IMG/VR virus record: IMGVR_UViG_3300042562_001169
Length of the DNA stretch: 64,000 bases
From: a virus
Lineage: Duplodnaviria; Heunggongvirae; Uroviricota; Caudoviricetes
Strand: one strand, 5' to 3'
This document shows, in pieces, positions 9,761 to 18,750 of the stretch. Under the pieces are notes generated by a model, which saw only the letters and a program-made list of their open reading frames with translations, had not been told where the DNA came from and did not search any database. The translations under genes were made by a program, and so were the position numbers. Positions within the stretch are counted from its first letter, which is position 1; every line of letters begins with the position of its first letter.

Positions 9761-10314
9761 GATTAAATAAAAATTCAGTTAGTTCAAGACTATACAAATG
9801 GTTTTATGGTGTTAGTGAATACCAAGGGTTACCAAACAACTTATGTCCATACTTTTGGAAAGTAGTGTTGATGTATTTAACAATCATTCCATACACATTA
9901 ATATCAATCCCGGTGGTTGTTTATGATTTGTTTGATAAAAATTATAGCAATGGGGATAGAAAGACCGGTGAAAGATTAGGTATTAGTGTTGGTGTTTACA
10001 TTGCATTATTTATTCTTGCGACTTTAATCTCGGCAATACTTGCCTTATTCATTAAAGTTGAGAAAAACACTTTGTTTGAATTTTTGGTAGTTGGTGGTTG
10101 TTTATTTTGGACAGGTCTTATTGTTATCGGAGTGATTGAAGGTGTTAAACATTTGAGAGAATATTCTACAACTGATAAGTCCTATTATTCTGAAACAGAA
10201 AAGAAATGGATTTATGAAAAAACCAAAGTTAATCTAACTACAGAATTTATTAAGGCGAAGTATAATAAATATTGTCCTAAGATTGATTGGGTTAGTAATG
10301 AATCAAAAGATTAA
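9757..10314 (+). CDS. polytopic membrane protein (about 4 TM)
   Basis: Hydrophobic segments read in the translation. Confidence 0.5.
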   Translation: MRLNKNSVSSRLYKWFYGVSEYQGLPNNLCPYFWKVVLMYLTIIPYTLISIPVVVYDLFDKNYSNGDRKTGERLGISVGVYIALFILATLISAILALFIKVEKNTLFEFLVVGGCLFWTGLIVIGVIEGVKHLREYSTTDKSYYSETEKKWIYEKTKVNLTTEFIKAKYNKYCPKIDWVSNESKD

Positions 10315-10600
10315 TTACTTTAAAAAAATGTTGGAACACCAACACCCTAACCTCTATCATAGAGTTGGTATTAGTGCTGAGTTAGTCTCTAACTATTATC
10401 AATGTCGAGGGGTGGATGGTAGAATGAGAGCGGAACTTAATTATATCCCACAAAAATGTGAAATTGTAATTTCATTTCCCAATGTTGATTCATTATATTA
10501 CGATATGTGTTTTTATGTGGATTATCTATGGGGTGGAAACGTTGATGTAATAGCTTCATTTGATTTTAACGGAACTAATCATTTTAAATTTACAGTATAA
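10298..10600 (+). CDS. hypothetical protein
   Basis: The track start at 10283 is TTG. In-frame ATGs lie at 10298 and 10328. Confidence 0.4.
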   Translation: MNQKINYFKKMLEHQHPNLYHRVGISAELVSNYYQCRGVDGRMRAELNYIPQKCEIVISFPNVDSLYYDMCFYVDYLWGGNVDVIASFDFNGTNHFKFTV

Positions 10601-10602
10601 AA

Positions 10603-10628
10603 AACCCTCATTATGGAGGGTTTTTTTA
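10603..10628. terminator. bidirectional rho-independent terminator
   Basis: aaaaccctcattatggagggttttttt, sitting between convergent genes. Confidence 0.7.
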
Positions 10629-11213
10629 TATCTTATATTTTGTAAAGTCAGTTGAAGTTGGTTTTTCATTTTTGAAGTAATATACTTCTATCTTCCCATC
10701 ATAGTTAATTGTTTTTCTATATGCTGTTGGAACGGTTGCTCCGGACGGTAACTTAATTGATTTTGGACCGAAGATACATCTGATTTCAACTACAACTACT
10801 TTATGTGTTTTTGATAGTTCTCGTTCTCTTACTTCAAGTAATCTCCACGTTGTTCTGTTAAGGTTCTCTTGTTGTAGAGAACAATTCAGGTAAGTGAATG
10901 TTTTGAATAGAGTTTCTTTATCACAATTAAAGTCGGCCGCGGGAGCTAAATGACCTTTATCGTAAGGGTTTTTTTCGTAATCTTTAGCGTCAGATGTTTT
11001 AATTGAATCACAAACATAAAAGTCCATCCCGGTTCTTGACGCAGTTCCATTTGGACATTGAACGGTGTAACGAATAAATTTAGGTTGTTCCAACTTCTCT
11101 GAATATACAATCTCAAACATTGGTGTTTTAACCACAATACTATCTCTTAATACTTTTTGTGAAAATGATGTGAATGTGATTAGGGTAATTAATACTAATA
11201 AAATGTTTTTCAT
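10626..11213 (-). CDS. secreted DNA/RNA non-specific endonuclease (Serratia NucA family, beta-beta-alpha-Me)
   Basis: Signal peptide MKNILLVLITLITFTSFSQ. Motifs DKGHLAPAADF (compare DRGHQAP) and NCSLQQENLNRTTW (compare NxxPQ...N..W). Confidence 0.65.
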   Translation of the reverse strand: MKNILLVLITLITFTSFSQKVLRDSIVVKTPMFEIVYSEKLEQPKFIRYTVQCPNGTASRTGMDFYVCDSIKTSDAKDYEKNPYDKGHLAPAADFNCDKETLFKTFTYLNCSLQQENLNRTTWRLLEVRERELSKTHKVVVVEIRCIFGPKSIKLPSGATVPTAYRKTINYDGKIEVYYFKNEKPTSTDFTKYKI

Positions 11214-11272
11214 AATAATGTTTTACTATAAATATCGTAACCATTATTTGTTTTTGTTATATTTATAGAGGT

Positions 11273-12865
11273 ATGAAATTATTAGAAAGTATAAAACAAA
11301 TTATTACTGAGGCTTCAAAGAAAAAAATCTTAATGGATAAGATTGGTTTTAATGAGGATAATGCTGACCTATTAGATAAATTGTGTGGTCCGTTATCGGT
11401 TTGGATGGCAAAAAAAATGATGGAGTTCCAACAATATAGTAGTGGAAGGTTGGGTAATCAAGTAAAAACGGGTTCTGAATTAATAGACCAAATGAATAAC
11501 AATGGTGTTTTAAGAATGAAACAGAGTGGTATCCAATCTATTATGGATTGGGTTCGGGTTGGTTTAAACGGTAATTTGGGCGAATATAAAGATTTACCTT
11601 TTGTTGACTTGGTTTTACAGTCAAAAGAATGGCACGATAATTTGGAAATTGGACAGGGTGATATTAATTATAAAGAACAAAACCCAACTATATTAGATTT
11701 CACTGATGAAAATGGAAATGGGTTTTATTGGGCTGATTTGAATACAAAAAACTCATCAGAAGAATGTAATAGAATGGGACATTGTGGAAGAAGTTCTTAT
11801 GGATATCTTTATTCATTAAGACAAGTAATTCCGATTAACAACAAATATAAATTAAACAAATCAGTTCTAACTGCGGCAATTGGTGAGGATGGTATTATGT
11901 ATCAGTTGAAGGGTGTTAAGAACTCAAAACCAAAAGATGAATACCATCAATACATTCAACCGTTATTCTATGTGTTAGGTGGTGAAGGTGAAGAAGATGA
12001 TTATCTAATTCAAGGTTTTGGAACGGAATACGCATCTGAACAGGATTTTAAATTGTCTGACTTACCGGAACAAACAATCAAAGAATTGTATCAAAATAGA
12101 CCGGAGTTGTTCTCGTCAAGACCTATGCAACGATTGTTAGATAAGATGGGTATTATTGAAATGGAACCATTACCAACAGGATTCTCATTAGAAATTAAAC
12201 CTGAGGATTTTGATGATTATATTGATGGTGGAACTTATAATACATATACCAATAGAACAACCGGAAAACAAACAAGAACAAGTATTTTTGTTGAAATAAT
12301 GGCTGGTGACGCTTGGGATTTGTGGAATCAAGACGGTTACGAAGATTTTGGTAGTTACTTCCAATATACAGTAGACAAACCAACCGAAGAAAGATTGTGG
12401 GATATTGTTAGAAAAATGACAGAAAGAGATGGTGTTGAATTAGATGAGGATTTAGATTTAGAAGATTCTATTAAACAAGTGGATGATGATTGGGAAATAA
12501 GAAATGCTATTGGTGGTGCAATAAATGACGCTGACGCAAATGATTATGTTGATTACTTACAAAAACAAATTGAATCGGCGTTAGAATTCTATGGTAATGT
12601 ATATGAATTTAATGATACCGGAGCCAAAATCCAAGTTGATTTAGCTAATTTGGTTGATATTGATGAGGGTTGGGTTGATGAAATATTTGAAAATCATATG
12701 AATAGGGATGGTAAGTATGATTTAGAAGGAATATTTAATGAATTATTATCTGAAAGTCATATTGATAAACCTGACTTTGACCCCGATGACAGATGGTATC
12801 CATCACCTGATGATAGTGTCGTAAATGAAAATGTTAATTATAGATTAGATGATATAAGTATATGA
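11273..12865 (+). CDS. hypothetical protein, 530 aa, acidic C-terminal half
   Basis: Long ORF. A ttatatttatag motif lies 6 nt upstream of the ATG. Confidence 0.6.
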   Translation: MKLLESIKQIITEASKKKILMDKIGFNEDNADLLDKLCGPLSVWMAKKMMEFQQYSSGRLGNQVKTGSELIDQMNNNGVLRMKQSGIQSIMDWVRVGLNGNLGEYKDLPFVDLVLQSKEWHDNLEIGQGDINYKEQNPTILDFTDENGNGFYWADLNTKNSSEECNRMGHCGRSSYGYLYSLRQVIPINNKYKLNKSVLTAAIGEDGIMYQLKGVKNSKPKDEYHQYIQPLFYVLGGEGEEDDYLIQGFGTEYASEQDFKLSDLPEQTIKELYQNRPELFSSRPMQRLLDKMGIIEMEPLPTGFSLEIKPEDFDDYIDGGTYNTYTNRTTGKQTRTSIFVEIMAGDAWDLWNQDGYEDFGSYFQYTVDKPTEERLWDIVRKMTERDGVELDEDLDLEDSIKQVDDDWEIRNAIGGAINDADANDYVDYLQKQIESALEFYGNVYEFNDTGAKIQVDLANLVDIDEGWVDEIFENHMNRDGKYDLEGIFNELLSESHIDKPDFDPDDRWYPSPDDSVVNENVNYRLDDISI

Positions 12866-13572
12866 GTTTAAGTAAGGATTTAACAATTGTAATCCCCTGC
12901 AAAAATGAGGGATTAATCATAAAGAAAACTTTAGGATTGTTAAACTTGCAAAATAATATTAAAGGTGTAAATGTAATGGTTGCCGATTCTTCAACGGACG
13001 ATGGATTCACACAGAAATGTATTCTTGGTTCATACCATACCAACATCAATGTAAAAATAGTTAAAGGGGGATTTCCGGCTGAAGCCAGAAACAATGGTGT
13101 CAAAAAGATAAAAACTCCTTATGTTTTATTTTTGGATGCCGACATATTCATCAACCAATATTGTTTATTAAATTGTATGGTTGAAGTTATGAAAGAAAAT
13201 GATTATCATTTGTCAACAACTAAAATGAGAACTGACGATGGTGATTACAATTATGTGTACAAATCATTTGATGTTATCCAATACTTAACCAAATTCTCCA
13301 CACCCTTTGCGGTTGGAGGATTTATGTTATTTAATTTAGAGGAATTCAATTCATTGGGAGGATTTAATCCGGATGACAAGTTCGCTGAGGATTATCATTT
13401 AAGTTCAAAAATAAAACCAAATAAGTTTTATGTGGCAAACAAAATTGTTTATACCACATCAAGACGATTCAAGAACAAAGGTTTATTCTATATGGTTAAG
13501 ATGATGATTAAATCTTGGTTTAATAGAAATAATGATGAGTTCTTCACAAAGGAACATAATTACTGGACATAA
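12862..13572 (+). CDS. family-2 glycosyltransferase
   Basis: N-term LTIVIPCKNE, DAD motif (LFLDADIF), and GT-A fold spacing. Confidence 0.6.
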   Translation: MSLSKDLTIVIPCKNEGLIIKKTLGLLNLQNNIKGVNVMVADSSTDDGFTQKCILGSYHTNINVKIVKGGFPAEARNNGVKKIKTPYVLFLDADIFINQYCLLNCMVEVMKENDYHLSTTKMRTDDGDYNYVYKSFDVIQYLTKFSTPFAVGGFMLFNLEEFNSLGGFNPDDKFAEDYHLSSKIKPNKFYVANKIVYTTSRRFKNKGLFYMVKMMIKSWFNRNNDEFFTKEHNYWT

Positions 13573-14291
13573 TGAAATACAAAACAATAATTCTATCAGA
13601 CATTCACTTGGGTTCCAAATCAAGTAGAGCCAACGATGTTATAGAATTTCTTGAAAACAACACCACAGAGACATTAATATTAAATGGGGATATCGTTGAT
13701 GGTTGGGCACTCAAAAGAGGTGGTAAATGGACCGAAAGTCATACCAAAGTATTGAGAAAGATAATGAAGATGAGTGAGAAAGGTGTGAATGTTATTTGGC
13801 TTAGAGGAAATCACGATGAGTTCCTAAAAGATTTCATTCCATTTCATTTATCCAATCTAACAATCACGGAGGATTATACCTTCACATCCATAGATGGTCG
13901 TAAGATGTATGTGTTTCACGGAGATGTATTGGATGTATTCATTACCAAAGCAAAATTTTTAGCTCACATCGGTTCAATAGGTTATGATATAGCATTATGG
14001 ATGAATAGAGTTTACAACAAATATCGTGAGATGAGAGGGTTACCTTATTATTCCATCTCCAAAGATATTAAAAGTGGGGTTAAGAAAGCCGTTAATTTCA
14101 TAAATGATTTTGAACATAACGCAATACTATTGGCTTACAAAAAAGGATGTGATGTTGCCGTATGTGGACACATTCATCAACCGGAGTTAAAAGACAATTA
14201 TATGAATAGCGGGGATTGGTGTGAAAACTGTACCTCATTAGTGGAAACAAAAAAAGGAACGTGGAAAATAATAGAGTTTCACAAAAAATAA
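13572..14291 (+). CDS. calcineurin-like metallophosphoesterase, LpxH-like
   Basis: Motifs ILSDIHLG, LILNGDIVDGW and LRGNHDEF, similar to the UDP-2,3-diacylglucosamine hydrolase pattern D-x-H...GDxxDxW...GNHD. Confidence 0.6.
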   Translation: MKYKTIILSDIHLGSKSSRANDVIEFLENNTTETLILNGDIVDGWALKRGGKWTESHTKVLRKIMKMSEKGVNVIWLRGNHDEFLKDFIPFHLSNLTITEDYTFTSIDGRKMYVFHGDVLDVFITKAKFLAHIGSIGYDIALWMNRVYNKYREMRGLPYYSISKDIKSGVKKAVNFINDFEHNAILLAYKKGCDVAVCGHIHQPELKDNYMNSGDWCENCTSLVETKKGTWKIIEFHKK

Positions 14292-14293
14292 AA

Positions 14294-14472
14294 TGGAATA
14301 TAAGATAAATACCGAAAATAAAACTATCACAATAACTGATAGTGCTGGAAGAGTTGATGAGATTAAATCATTGATGACTTTATTCCCTGACTATACCCTA
14401 ATTACAGGTATATTCAAGAAGGAATGTGTCTGTAATCCATCCAAAGGTGGTGACGGAATTTGTAAATGTTAA
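14294..14472 (+). CDS. small Cys-containing hypothetical protein (59 aa)
   Basis: ORF just below the track's size cut-off, found by eye. Confidence 0.3.
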
Positions 14473-14671
14473 AAAAAATAACCCTAAGAGTTGAATTCTT
14501 GGGGTTTTTTATTTATATTTGTGCTATGGATAATTTAAAAAACTTTATAGTAAATAATAAATACGACTTTTTATCTTTAGGTTGTATAATTTTAATGTTC
14601 TCTGTTAGTGCGGTATTTGCCATACCATCACTTGTTTTTCTTGTAATCGGAGTAAGTGAATCAAAAAATTA

Positions 14672-15187
14672 ATGGGTAAGTTATTACCTGTACCATATCC
14701 CGGTCAATCTATGGATGAATACCGGGAACAATTAGTTAACTTCCAAAAGAATTATTGGAGTTTCTTAAAACCATCCAAAGGTGGAAGTAAGTTCATCCCT
14801 TTACCACCATTAACATTAATCAAAAAAACAAAAGAAATGAGTTCAAAAAAATTAAGCGAACACGTCGAACAAGAATTATTCGACAAAGAAAAAAGAGTTA
14901 TACCAAGTGTTTCACCTGAATACAGAGTGAAATTAAACGAAGGAGTTGACCCTAAAAAAGTTATTAAAACAACACCTGTAATCCGTAAAGAATCTGTATT
15001 GGGGTCAGTTGAGGATAAACCGGTTAAAAAGAAAAAACCATACTACAGAAAAAAATACAACAAACCAAAACCTGTTGAGGTTGTGATTCCGGAATCAACT
15101 AACCCAAACACTTTTGTTAGAGGATTTGTAATTGGGGTTATTGTTGGTATTATATTAACATCAATTATTGAAACAATTATAAATTAA
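14672..15187 (+). CDS. Lys/Pro-rich protein with a C-terminal TM anchor
   Basis: C-terminal sequence ...FVIGVIVGIILTSIIETIIN. Confidence 0.5.
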   Translation: MGKLLPVPYPGQSMDEYREQLVNFQKNYWSFLKPSKGGSKFIPLPPLTLIKKTKEMSSKKLSEHVEQELFDKEKRVIPSVSPEYRVKLNEGVDPKKVIKTTPVIRKESVLGSVEDKPVKKKKPYYRKKYNKPKPVEVVIPESTNPNTFVRGFVIGVIVGIILTSIIETIIN

Positions 15188-15314
15188 AAAACTATTATTT
15201 GTATGTGGTTCTATATTTTAATTGTAATATTTGTTGGTTTAGGTGTTGGGTCTTGGTTGTATATAATGTTTGAGTTATTTAGAAATATTGTTAGACGATT
15301 AAAAGAAAAAAAAG

Positions 15315-15632
15315 ATGTTTAAAGAGGGTGATAAGTATATCCACTTTACCAAGTATGGTGGGATAAATAAAGGTGTTGTTAGTGAATTTTTTAATACACA
15401 TTGTATTGATACTAAAAACTGTGTTGCGTATGAAGTTCCCCACGTTAGAAATGAGAATGGAATTGTATTAAATCTTAGAGAAGATGGACTTATTTATAAG
15501 ATAACGCACGAATATTCGGAAGAAGAGTGTGAAAATATAAGAAAAGTTGGGAAATATTATCAAAATAGGAAACAAAACAAAATAGATGAATATTTATCCG
15601 ATGAAGATGTATTAATCTTCCCTAATCTATAA
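15315..15632 (+). CDS. hypothetical protein
   Basis: Clean ATG ORF. Confidence 0.45.
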   Translation: MFKEGDKYIHFTKYGGINKGVVSEFFNTHCIDTKNCVAYEVPHVRNENGIVLNLREDGLIYKITHEYSEEECENIRKVGKYYQNRKQNKIDEYLSDEDVLIFPNL

Positions 15633-16145
15633 GTAATTCCAACAAAAATGAAATTCATTGCACCTGTCGCAATTCTAGTGATTTTAGTGTCGCTAGCTCT
15701 TTATTTAGTAAAGAAAAAACCTAAACAAATTGTTTCAGAGGAAGTGGTTATTGAACCACCGGTGAAGAAGAAAAGAGTGTATAAAAAGAAAACAAAGAAG
15801 GTATAATGGTAACACCTGACCCTTCCGCACCACTACCGTTATTAATCGGTGTGATTTGTTTGTTTGTGATAATAGTGTTGAGAGATGAGTTTAAAAAAGA
15901 TAAAGATAAGAGTTAAATTATTATTTGTGTTCCTTGGATGGTGTGTATCAGATATCCGAGAGAACTACGGTGATATGAAATCTCGTTATGTTTTGGAAAC
16001 CGACCCTGAATTATTTGAACTTCAAGAATTTGTTAAAGAACTAATTAAGAAAAAATGAATGATTGTGTAACTTTTTTGATGTCTGTTACGTATAATAACT
16101 GACAATAAAGTTGATGAGATAATAAATAAAAAAAACTTTAAAAAA

Positions 16146-16177
16146 GTTTGGTAGTATTAAAAAAAGTGTTATCTTTG
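16146..16177 (+). promoter_or_regulatory. complete Bacteroidota-type promoter (TTTG at 16146-16149 as -33; TAtcTTTG at 16170-16177 as -7)
   Basis: Consensus elements with 20-nt spacing. No long ORF follows. Confidence 0.5.
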
Positions 16178-16183
16178 TCAAAC

Positions 16184-16364
16184 AAATAAGGAATAAAAGA
16201 TTATGTCGAAAAAGAGGGGCGGAAACCCAAATACGTCGAAAGATGGTGACAAGGAATGTTAGGCAATCCTAAAACCTAACTGCTAAGAATCAAGTGTTAT
16301 GATTCGGGTTAACAACCTCAACTTATGGTGAAACAAAAAAAGGTTCCTTCGGGAACCTTTTTAA
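16184..16364 (+). ncRNA. candidate small RNA or micro-peptide transcript (about 180 nt) between a host-type promoter and a strong terminator
   Basis: Internal hairpins (gggcggaaaccc; gttaggcaatcctaaaacctaac). Only a 19-codon ORF is present (MSKKRGGNPNTSKDGDKEC). Ends at the hairpin aaaaaaaggttccttcgggaacctttttaat. Confidence 0.3.
16334..16364. terminator. bidirectional rho-independent terminator
   Basis: aggttccttcgggaacct flanked by an A-run and a T-run. Confidence 0.7.
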
Positions 16365-16846
16365 TTGGGCATATTTCTTGTAAACACATCACCATATCTA
16401 TCAACAATAATTGTTGGGGATTCGTTAACTCTAAATTTAAGATGGTTAGGGTGTTGAATTGATGTATTTATAATTATTTTAATCCTATTATGTGTTCCAT
16501 TTAACCACATATGATAATCAATACCCGCTACATTGTCGATAACATTAATTGAACATCTAACAACACATTCTTGCATTATTCTTCTTGCTGATTGTATTAT
16601 TGTTGATTCTATATCCATTATAGAATCGTTAATTTCATCTGGGTCAACTCTTTGAAATGAACTACTAGAACCGACAGACTCCTGAGAATGGGGGTTTTTA
16701 TACAAGTTAATTAAACTATTTTCACTTCTATGTAATCTTCTAATAAAATCTTGTTCACCTAAGATATTATTTACAACAATTTCATATATTAAAATTGGTT
16801 TTGGTTCTGTATATTCCCTTAATATCTGTCTAATTAATTCCTTCAT
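16361..16846 (-). CDS. family paralog, ILREE-type leader (MKELIRQILREYTEP...)
   Basis: The internal Met at 16846 is preceded (on the minus strand) by atatatttattact. The track start at 16885 lies further upstream. Confidence 0.5.
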   Translation of the reverse strand: MKELIRQILREYTEPKPILIYEIVVNNILGEQDFIRRLHRSENSLINLYKNPHSQESVGSSSSFQRVDPDEINDSIMDIESTIIQSARRIMQECVVRCSINVIDNVAGIDYHMWLNGTHNRIKIIINTSIQHPNHLKFRVNESPTIIVDRYGDVFTRNMPN

Positions 16847-17216
16847 AGTAATAAATATATATTTTTTCAATAAATGCTTGTGCAATTAAAGTAAATGTGT
16901 TACTTTTGTCCTATCAAACTGAAACAATAACCTTAACACATACAGAAACTATGAAAACAATTACCTTCACAATGCAAGAGATATGGGCGGCTTCTCGTCC
17001 ATCTGTTCAAAAAAGTAAAAAAGCTTACAACAGAAAACCAAAACACAATAAAGATAAGTACTAATATCAAACCCATCTCCGGATGGGTTTTTTATTTAAC
17101 GAGAGTAAAAAGTTAAAATAATTACCTTCGTTTTATTTTGGGGAGTAAAAAATTGATAAAATTACCCTCGTAATATAAACGAGAGTAATTTTTACCTTCT
17201 TGTTATATTTATAGAT

Positions 17217-17585
17217 ATGGATGTTAAAATTAGTGAGGGGAAGTTAGAGTTTTTAATGGATACTATCTTTGATGGTTTGGGTGTAGATGTCAATCGTCTA
17301 TCACACAATTTCCAAGTAAGAATGAGTTATTTAGAATTTTTAGCTTCTGTAACAACAAGACGAGAAATGGTTGCTAAATATGATTTTGAGTGGAATTACA
17401 TAATTGTGTTTGATGATAAGTTTTATGATTTGGTTAAACCTTGGGTTTCTCGGAAAGTTTATGATGTAATTAAAGAAGATTTAATTAAGAGAATTTTTAA
17501 GGTGTATACCAAGAAATATAAATCAATATATAAAGAGGAGCCTAAATCAATTAAATTTGTTGATAAGGATTTTAATAAAGTTTAA
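17217..17585 (+). CDS. hypothetical protein (MDVKISEGKLEF...)
   Basis: ttgttatatttatag lies 3 nt before the ATG. Inverted repeats sit upstream. Confidence 0.5.
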   Translation: MDVKISEGKLEFLMDTIFDGLGVDVNRLSHNFQVRMSYLEFLASVTTRREMVAKYDFEWNYIIVFDDKFYDLVKPWVSRKVYDVIKEDLIKRIFKVYTKKYKSIYKEEPKSIKFVDKDFNKV

Positions 17586-17594
17586 TAAAAAAAA

Positions 17595-17625
17595 GAAGGA
17601 AGTAGTTGTTACTTCCTTTTTTTAT
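17595..17625 (+). terminator. rho-independent terminator
   Basis: Hairpin aggaagtagttgttacttcct followed by ttttttt. Confidence 0.6.
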
Positions 17626-17640
17626 GCCTACTTTTGTCGA

Positions 17641-18132
17641 ATGGAAATGGACTTTACAAAATACTCGGTAGAAGAATTAAGAGAACTTCAAAACAAGATT
17701 GGTTATTATTTACAAACTCGTAATGATGATTTTGTTTATATCTGTGAGATTAGGTCGTATGGTAAAAATTGGGTGAATAAATACACCAATGAACTTGCTG
17801 TGAATGATTTGTGTGCTGATTACGATGGTTATGATGGTATCGTGGATGTATATACAACCAATCCGGACGCTAACATTAGTAACTATGGTGAGGTTAATTA
17901 CATTAAATCTGAGGACCAATACCGTAAGTGGAAACAGAGTGAGACATTAATCTCTCAGATAAAAAGTGCGGAAGATAAGTTGGCGAAATGGAATGATAGA
18001 GATAACATCCCATTCCATTCAAGACCAACCTTTGCTCCGATGTGGACAGAACAAGATATCCTTGGGTGGAGAAATGAATTAGAAACAATTGAGTGGGATT
18101 ATGAAGAGCCCGTTTCAATTAAAAAAAAGTGA
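17641..18132 (+). CDS. hypothetical protein
   Basis: The track start at 17557 is TTG and lies inside the terminator. The first ATG is at 17641. Confidence 0.5.
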   Translation: MEMDFTKYSVEELRELQNKIGYYLQTRNDDFVYICEIRSYGKNWVNKYTNELAVNDLCADYDGYDGIVDVYTTNPDANISNYGEVNYIKSEDQYRKWKQSETLISQIKSAEDKLAKWNDRDNIPFHSRPTFAPMWTEQDILGWRNELETIEWDYEEPVSIKKK

Positions 18133-18548
18133 AGACGATTATGATGAATAACGATTCTTATACAGGAAATGAAATGGGTGATAAACCGAAAGAGTTGACT
18201 ATGAAAGAGATTAACGAGAAATATGTTAATCGTATTATTGAGTCATTAGAGAATGACAAAGAACTTTGGGTGAGAGAAGTCATGTGTGGAATGGGAGGAT
18301 GTTTTGTGGATTATTATAGTCCAAAATATTCAACTAAAGATGGAGGAACTTTACAATTCTCGGACAAGGAATATGCCAAAGCTCATATTGATGGGAGACC
18401 TGCTTGGGAAATTCCATTTTGGATGTATCATAACCCATTTAGTGACAAGTCAAGAAGATTAAGAAGAGCGATGGATGTAATGAGAGTATATCTTATTAAC
18501 AAGAAAGACAACGAGTATAAAGATAAATTAAGTAAATCAATTGAATAA
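18129..18548 (+). CDS. hypothetical protein
   Basis: Start overlaps the upstream stop. Confidence 0.5.
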   Translation: MKTIMMNNDSYTGNEMGDKPKELTMKEINEKYVNRIIESLENDKELWVREVMCGMGGCFVDYYSPKYSTKDGGTLQFSDKEYAKAHIDGRPAWEIPFWMYHNPFSDKSRRLRRAMDVMRVYLINKKDNEYKDKLSKSIE

Positions 18549-18750
18549 TATGTGGGTAGAAACTAAAATAGTGATGGATGGTGGTTACCAAGAGGCAATC
18601 ATCTCACAAAATGAAACACAAAACGCAATTGTCTTAAATATTGTTGAGGTTGAAGAACCGGGTTCGGCAAGATTGTATATGTCTTATGATGAGGCGTTAA
18701 GATTGGCAAATGAGTTAATAGATTTTGTAAGTAAAAACAGAGGGAAATAA
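18541..18750 (+). CDS. hypothetical small protein
   Basis: Coupled ORF. Confidence 0.4.
   Translation: MNNMWVETKIVMDGGYQEAIISQNETQNAIVLNIVEVEEPGSARLYMSYDEALRLANELIDFVSKNRGK

Noticed and set aside
14466-14672. ORF 14466-14672 as a holin
   Set aside because: It has a single hydrophobic stretch but no lysis-gene context and overlaps a terminator-like hairpin. Not supported enough to report.
15900-16360. tRNA or tmRNA in the ORF-free stretch
   Set aside because: No cloverleaf, no GTTCRANYC T-loop box and no CCA-compatible acceptor stem could be found by eye. Reinterpreted as a promoter-driven candidate sRNA.
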